Below are positions 59,749 through 64,000 of a DNA stretch of 64,000 bases, in pieces; position 1 is the first letter of the stretch, and every line of letters starts with the position of its first letter. Source of the DNA: Candidatus Hydrogenedentota bacterium. Its GTDB lineage: Bacteria; Hydrogenedentota; Hydrogenedentia; Hydrogenedentales; SLHB01. Position numbers and translations under genes: made by a program. Where the stretch lies: positions 32,001-96,000 of the forward strand of contig CAVUWV010000023.1 in assembly GCA_963745075.1 (NCBI GenBank). The letters run 5' to 3'. The notes beneath the pieces are model-generated. The model saw nothing but the letters and a program-made list of their open reading frames with translations. It had not been told where the DNA came from and made no database searches.

Positions 59749-59848
59749 GAGTATGTGGCGCAGGAGATGCCGGTAGTTTTGTCCGGCACGGACGTCCGGA
59801 CGGGCACCTCCGGCGGGTTACGCGAACCGCGTAACCAAGGAGGCCAGC

Positions 59849-60064
59849 ATGACGGTTCAATGCTGCAAATGCAAGAAGGTCCACCGCAACGGCGAGTGGG
59901 TGAAGGAACGACCCGACAGCGACGCGCGGGTCACCCACAGCTACTGCCCCATCTGCGAAGACGAATGCTACATCGAACTGTTTTGTGCGCAGGCCAGCCG
60001 CGCGACGCGGTCCAACGCGCGGGACGTGTCTCGCGTCGTGGGCCGCTTGGCGTCTTCCATCTAA
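59849..60064 (+). CDS. Small stand-alone Cys/His zinc-binding protein
   Basis: CCKCKKV...W...THSYCPIC; AAGGAGG RBS. Confidence 0.8.
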   Translation: MTVQCCKCKKVHRNGEWVKERPDSDARVTHSYCPICEDECYIELFCAQASRATRSNARDVSRVVGRLASSI

Positions 60065-60192
60065 TACCGTCAATCACAGGCAGGAACGCTGCTTGATTTC
60101 GATTGGGTATCGTCCCCCCATTTGATTGACCCTCCGGCCCGTCGCTGCCATCATATCCGCTTACGAATTGCCAACCAGATGGAAATGACATC

Positions 60193-61968
60193 ATGACTGC
60201 ATTTCTCGTAATGGCGGCTGCGCTGTGTGCGACGCCGTCTCACCTCGTCTATTTCGACATGGAGCAGTGCCTGGCCGATTTGCCGGACGATTCCGTCCTG
60301 CGCTACGACACATTGAAACTCGTGGCTTCGCTACAAGGCGTCGTCAACCGCGACGAACCCCGTCTCGCCATTCGTTTCCTGCGCGACGCGGGCACGGATG
60401 GCACGATCAACATCGACGACTACTGGCTGACAGACTTGCGGAAAGGCTGGCTGAAAGGCCTCGAGGTTGAGCGAATGCACACGCTCGACGAACTTCTCGC
60501 GCGCTTTTCTGATTCGATCGAGGGCGTCGTGGTTTGGGATCCGAACGTCCTGGCCACGGCCAACGTCGCGGCTACCATCTGTGGCGTTAAGGGTTGGCTC
60601 CCCGTACGGGCCGACTCGGCGTTATACGCGGAGATCGTGGACGGTGGACCGCAGTTCCCCGTCAAGCTTTCCCTCGCCGGCAAGTTCGACGGTTCGCGAA
60701 GTGGCAGCGCCAAGTGCGACGCCTATCTCTGGGCCAAGGACACCTACCTCGATACCGGGAAATGCAATCCCGAACTCATGGCGTTCTTCATCGACGCGTA
60801 CACGCAGGTGCCGGATCAACCGGGCTTCCATTACCACGATCTGCACAACGCCACCCTCGCCAACCACGACTACTACATCGCCAACCGCGCGTTCTTCTTC
60901 GATCTCGATCCCTGGGCGGACGAAGCGCCGGTCGACGATCGCAATCAGCCATTGGGCACGGACCACGATACGCTCTGTGCGCTGCTGCGATCGCAGTACG
61001 AGCAGAACAAGGGCAAGGCCTTTACCACGGTCGGCGGGTTTGTGCCCTGGAACCTGAAATATACATCGAACGGTCCGGCCGGCGGCAAGCACGAACCCGT
61101 ACCGGCGGAGTGGGAGTATGCCGCCATCCTCTCCTCTTACAACGCCATCATGGACGCCGACGCCCTGGGCCTGTCCTGTATGACCAACGCGTCGGCGTAC
61201 ATGCACTTCCCGCTGAAACGGCACTACGATCAGAACCCGCGTCCCGAATCCCGGCCGCTCGAAGACAAAACCTACGTGCTGGTGTACATGGGCGACTACG
61301 ATTCCGCGGCGTGGTTGTCGCGTGAGATTCCGTCGGTGTGGGACGACCCCGTGCGGGGCGAACTCCCCATTGCGTGGGCCTTTAATCCGAACCTCGCGGC
61401 CCGCGCGCCCTACGTGTTCGACTACATCTACCGGACCAAGACCCCCAACGACTGGTTTATCGCGGGCGACTCGGGGGCCGGCTATCTGAATCCTAACCTG
61501 CTTATCGGCGACCGGCTCGGCAGCGGGCTTCCGGATGCCCTCGATCTTTGGGTAAAACACAACCAAAAATGGTATTCGAAGTTCGACTACTCGATTACCG
61601 GATTCGTGATCAATGGATTCCACGGTGACATGCCCCTGCGGATACAACAGGCCTACGCCAAGTTCTCCCCGGACGGGGTAGGAATGCAGTTGGGATTTGC
61701 GGAGACCATCGTGGACGGCACGCCCTTTCTCCGTCACGTGAGTGACATCTATCCGAAATTGGACAACCTCGCCGAAACCGCGGCCCAAATGGCCCGCTTC
61801 GCGAAACCGGAGAAGCCCCAGTTCCTGATTTACCGGATGATCCTGCAGCGGCCGTCCACGCTGAAAGCCGTGCAGGATCAACTGCGGAAAGATTTCCCGG
61901 ACCAGCACTGGGAATTCTGCGACCCGTATACGTTCTTCGATCTGTATAAACGTTCACTCGAACAGTAA
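60193..61968 (+). CDS. GxGYxYP-domain putative glycoside hydrolase
   Basis: SLQG.VNR, GDYDS, RG..P..W...P.L, SGAGYLNP. Confidence 0.8.
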   Translation: MTAFLVMAAALCATPSHLVYFDMEQCLADLPDDSVLRYDTLKLVASLQGVVNRDEPRLAIRFLRDAGTDGTINIDDYWLTDLRKGWLKGLEVERMHTLDELLARFSDSIEGVVVWDPNVLATANVAATICGVKGWLPVRADSALYAEIVDGGPQFPVKLSLAGKFDGSRSGSAKCDAYLWAKDTYLDTGKCNPELMAFFIDAYTQVPDQPGFHYHDLHNATLANHDYYIANRAFFFDLDPWADEAPVDDRNQPLGTDHDTLCALLRSQYEQNKGKAFTTVGGFVPWNLKYTSNGPAGGKHEPVPAEWEYAAILSSYNAIMDADALGLSCMTNASAYMHFPLKRHYDQNPRPESRPLEDKTYVLVYMGDYDSAAWLSREIPSVWDDPVRGELPIAWAFNPNLAARAPYVFDYIYRTKTPNDWFIAGDSGAGYLNPNLLIGDRLGSGLPDALDLWVKHNQKWYSKFDYSITGFVINGFHGDMPLRIQQAYAKFSPDGVGMQLGFAETIVDGTPFLRHVSDIYPKLDNLAETAAQMARFAKPEKPQFLIYRMILQRPSTLKAVQDQLRKDFPDQHWEFCDPYTFFDLYKRSLEQ

Positions 61969-62082
61969 GAAGACCATACGCACGCGGAATGTGTTAAGCT
62001 GGCCCCTTGACGGGCGAGCGACAGGTAACCGTCCCCGCAATCGAGAATACAACAAGCGATCCGCCGCCTTGGGAGATTCAAC

Positions 62083-63024
62083 ATGTTTTCGTACCGCCGC
62101 CTCCTGATAGTTCTGCTGGGCATCGTCACCGCCATTTCAACCGCACAAGCGCAGGAAAAGATCGCGCTCCGACTGAACCTCGAACCCGGCCAGCATTTCA
62201 GCCAGCGCATGAAGATGGATCAGGAGATTGAACAGGAAATGGGCGGCGTCGCGATGACCATGAACCAGGAAACGACCACCGACTACAACTACAACGTCAC
62301 CGCGGTCGATCCGGAGGGCGTGGCCACCATCGAGGCGACGTACACCCGTCTGGCGACGAAAACCAGTTCCGGCAATTCGGAAATGTCCTACGACTCGGCC
62401 ACCGCCCAGGAACCCATCGCTCCCCAGTTTCGCCCCATGGCCGCCCTCGTCGGGCAGAAGTTTACGATGGAAGTCGGCCCCACGGGGTCGGTGCGTTCAG
62501 TCACGGGACTTTCGGAACTCCTGGAAAAAGTGCTCGGTGAGATACCCGCTGAAGGCCCGGCACGCGAACAACTCAAACAATCTTTGAAAGCCCGCTTTGG
62601 CGAAGATTCGATGAAGAATATCCTGGAGCAGGCGATGGCCATCTATCCCGATCATCCCGTCGCCGTGGGCGACCACTGGTCGCGGACCGTTCAGATGGTG
62701 CAGATGGTTCCCCTCAAACTGGAAAACACCTGGACCTTAAAGTCCGTGACGGGCGATACCGCCACGCTGGAAATGACGTCGCTCGTCAGTCCCGTCGAAG
62801 GCCAATCGACCATGGACATGATGGGCTCGAAAATCGAAACGAAACTCGAGGGAGCGCAGAGCGGGACCACGGTCGTCGATCGAAAGACGGGATGGGCGCT
62901 TACCAGCACCGTGCATCAAAACATCGACGGCACCATGAAACTCCCGGCCGACGCGGCGCAACCCAAGGAATTGTCGGTCCCACTGAGCATCAAGAGTACG
63001 ATTACGCTCGGGCCGGTGGAATAG
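62083..63024 (+). CDS. Secreted DUF6263-like protein
   Basis: Signal peptide; L.L.L..G, YDS, G.V..V.G, YP..PV.VGD.W, D.KTG. Confidence 0.7.
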   Translation: MFSYRRLLIVLLGIVTAISTAQAQEKIALRLNLEPGQHFSQRMKMDQEIEQEMGGVAMTMNQETTTDYNYNVTAVDPEGVATIEATYTRLATKTSSGNSEMSYDSATAQEPIAPQFRPMAALVGQKFTMEVGPTGSVRSVTGLSELLEKVLGEIPAEGPAREQLKQSLKARFGEDSMKNILEQAMAIYPDHPVAVGDHWSRTVQMVQMVPLKLENTWTLKSVTGDTATLEMTSLVSPVEGQSTMDMMGSKIETKLEGAQSGTTVVDRKTGWALTSTVHQNIDGTMKLPADAAQPKELSVPLSIKSTITLGPVE

Positions 63025-63144
63025 CCGGGCATTTCACGATAGAATCCTCGGTCACGCGGAAACGTCCGATAGCGTCGCTCGTCGTCTCCCGGCAAGGGGT
63101 GTTTTCGCGATTGCTGCACCAAAATCGACGAGGAGGTATTGACT

Positions 63145-64000
63145 ATGAACCTCATGCTTGCCCTCGTTTCCTGTTTCGTGACGCTTCCGCCGCAGCAATC
63201 CTGGCTGGACATCTCGAAGGACTGGCGGTTCCAGCCCGATCCCGAACACGTGGGACTGCAGAACGGCTGGGATGCCGTAACGTACGACGACACCGATTGG
63301 ACTACCTTCAACGCGGGCGAGCGTTGGGAGGATCATGGGTTCCCGGACGTGGACGGCTACGGCTGGTTCCGGCGGTGGGTCGATGTTCCGGAGGACTGGG
63401 CGGACGCCAAGGTCTGGCTGACGCTTGGCGGCGTGAACGACGCTTGCACCATTTATTGCAACGGCACTCGCGTAAACGCATACGGCGACACTTCGGACCG
63501 ATCCGTCGCGAACGTTCCCATTATTGCCGAATTGAGCGCTTTCGTAACGCCGGGCAAGCGAAACCTCGTGGCGATTGAATGTCTCGACTGGGGCGGCAGC
63601 GGCGGGTTATGGCATCTGCCCTGCGCCCTCACTACGGACATCAATCTGTTGCCCGTCGACTCGGTCGTGGCGTGCGTCACCGAATACGAGGCGAAGCGCA
63701 TTCTCGCCACCGTCGACTTAACCGGCCTGGGGAACGACCGGCCCGGCGTGATGCTGCACCTCGGCGTTTTCAAGGGCGACAAAGACCATCCCGCTGCCGA
63801 CGCGAGCATCGCGCTTCCGGAAGGTTGGTTTACCGGGTCGGCATTCTTCGATCTCAAAGGACCGGACGCCGGAAACGTCTTTCATCTGCGCTTGGCAGAA
63901 GCCGAATCCGATACATCCGCCCTCGCGGGCCTCACCATCGATCGACCGGTACCGTGGCCCGAAGCGCCGGGCTGGGAAGGGGATTACGCCGACCTCGAGG
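63145..64000 (+). CDS. Secreted protein with an N-terminal GH2-type sugar-binding (galactose-binding-like) domain, runs off the window
   Basis: GAGGAGG RBS. Manual translation gives WRFQPDP..VG...GW, DGYGWFRR, L..GGVND....Y.NG, G.GGLW. Confidence 0.8.
   Translation, partial: MNLMLALVSCFVTLPPQQSWLDISKDWRFQPDPEHVGLQNGWDAVTYDDTDWTTFNAGERWEDHGFPDVDGYGWFRRWVDVPEDWADAKVWLTLGGVNDACTIYCNGTRVNAYGDTSDRSVANVPIIAELSAFVTPGKRNLVAIECLDWGGSGGLWHLPCALTTDINLLPVDSVVACVTEYEAKRILATVDLTGLGNDRPGVMLHLGVFKGDKDHPAADASIALPEGWFTGSAFFDLKGPDAGNVFHLRLAEAESDTSALAGLTIDRPVPWPEAPGWEGDYADLE

Noticed and set aside
1..64000. tRNA, rRNA, prophage, integron or IS elements
   Set aside because: No cloverleaf or rRNA-like tract, and no integrase, transposase or phage structural gene was recognised by eye.

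Overview
GC-rich bacterial chromosomal window with about 50 protein-coding genes and no recognisable rRNA, tRNA, CRISPR array, integrase or transposase. The gene content (many secreted carbohydrate-active proteins, Tat-exported sulfatase and oxidoreductase, three PhyH dioxygenases, flgK, heme o/a synthesis genes, DUF481 outer-membrane protein) suggests a diderm, flagellated, aerobic heterotroph; Hydrogenedentota is my guess only. Main content: a peptidoglycan-recycling-type operon (GH1-like, sugar kinase::MurQ, SpoIID/LytB, AnmK-like) whose GH1 and AnmK homologues have lost canonical active-site residues; dprA; a small toxin-antitoxin islet; cyoE-SCO-DUF420; htpG; tilS-hpt; two tandem stand-alone MshEN/GspE-N proteins; a sialidase-like/FAD-oxidoreductase fusion; comF; MATE; an orphan flgK; an FprA/Arh1-like reductase next to ctaA; SMUG1; mazG. 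flgK and a tiny Cys/His zinc-finger gene 14 kb away share a near-consensus sigma28 promoter and a CsrA-like leader hairpin. Intergenic DNA carries several REP/REPIN families and dispersed 6-, 7- and 9-mer tandem repeats. About ten single-base frameshifts fall in the first 22 kb and are most likely assembly errors. All calls come from reading motifs by eye; no database search was run.
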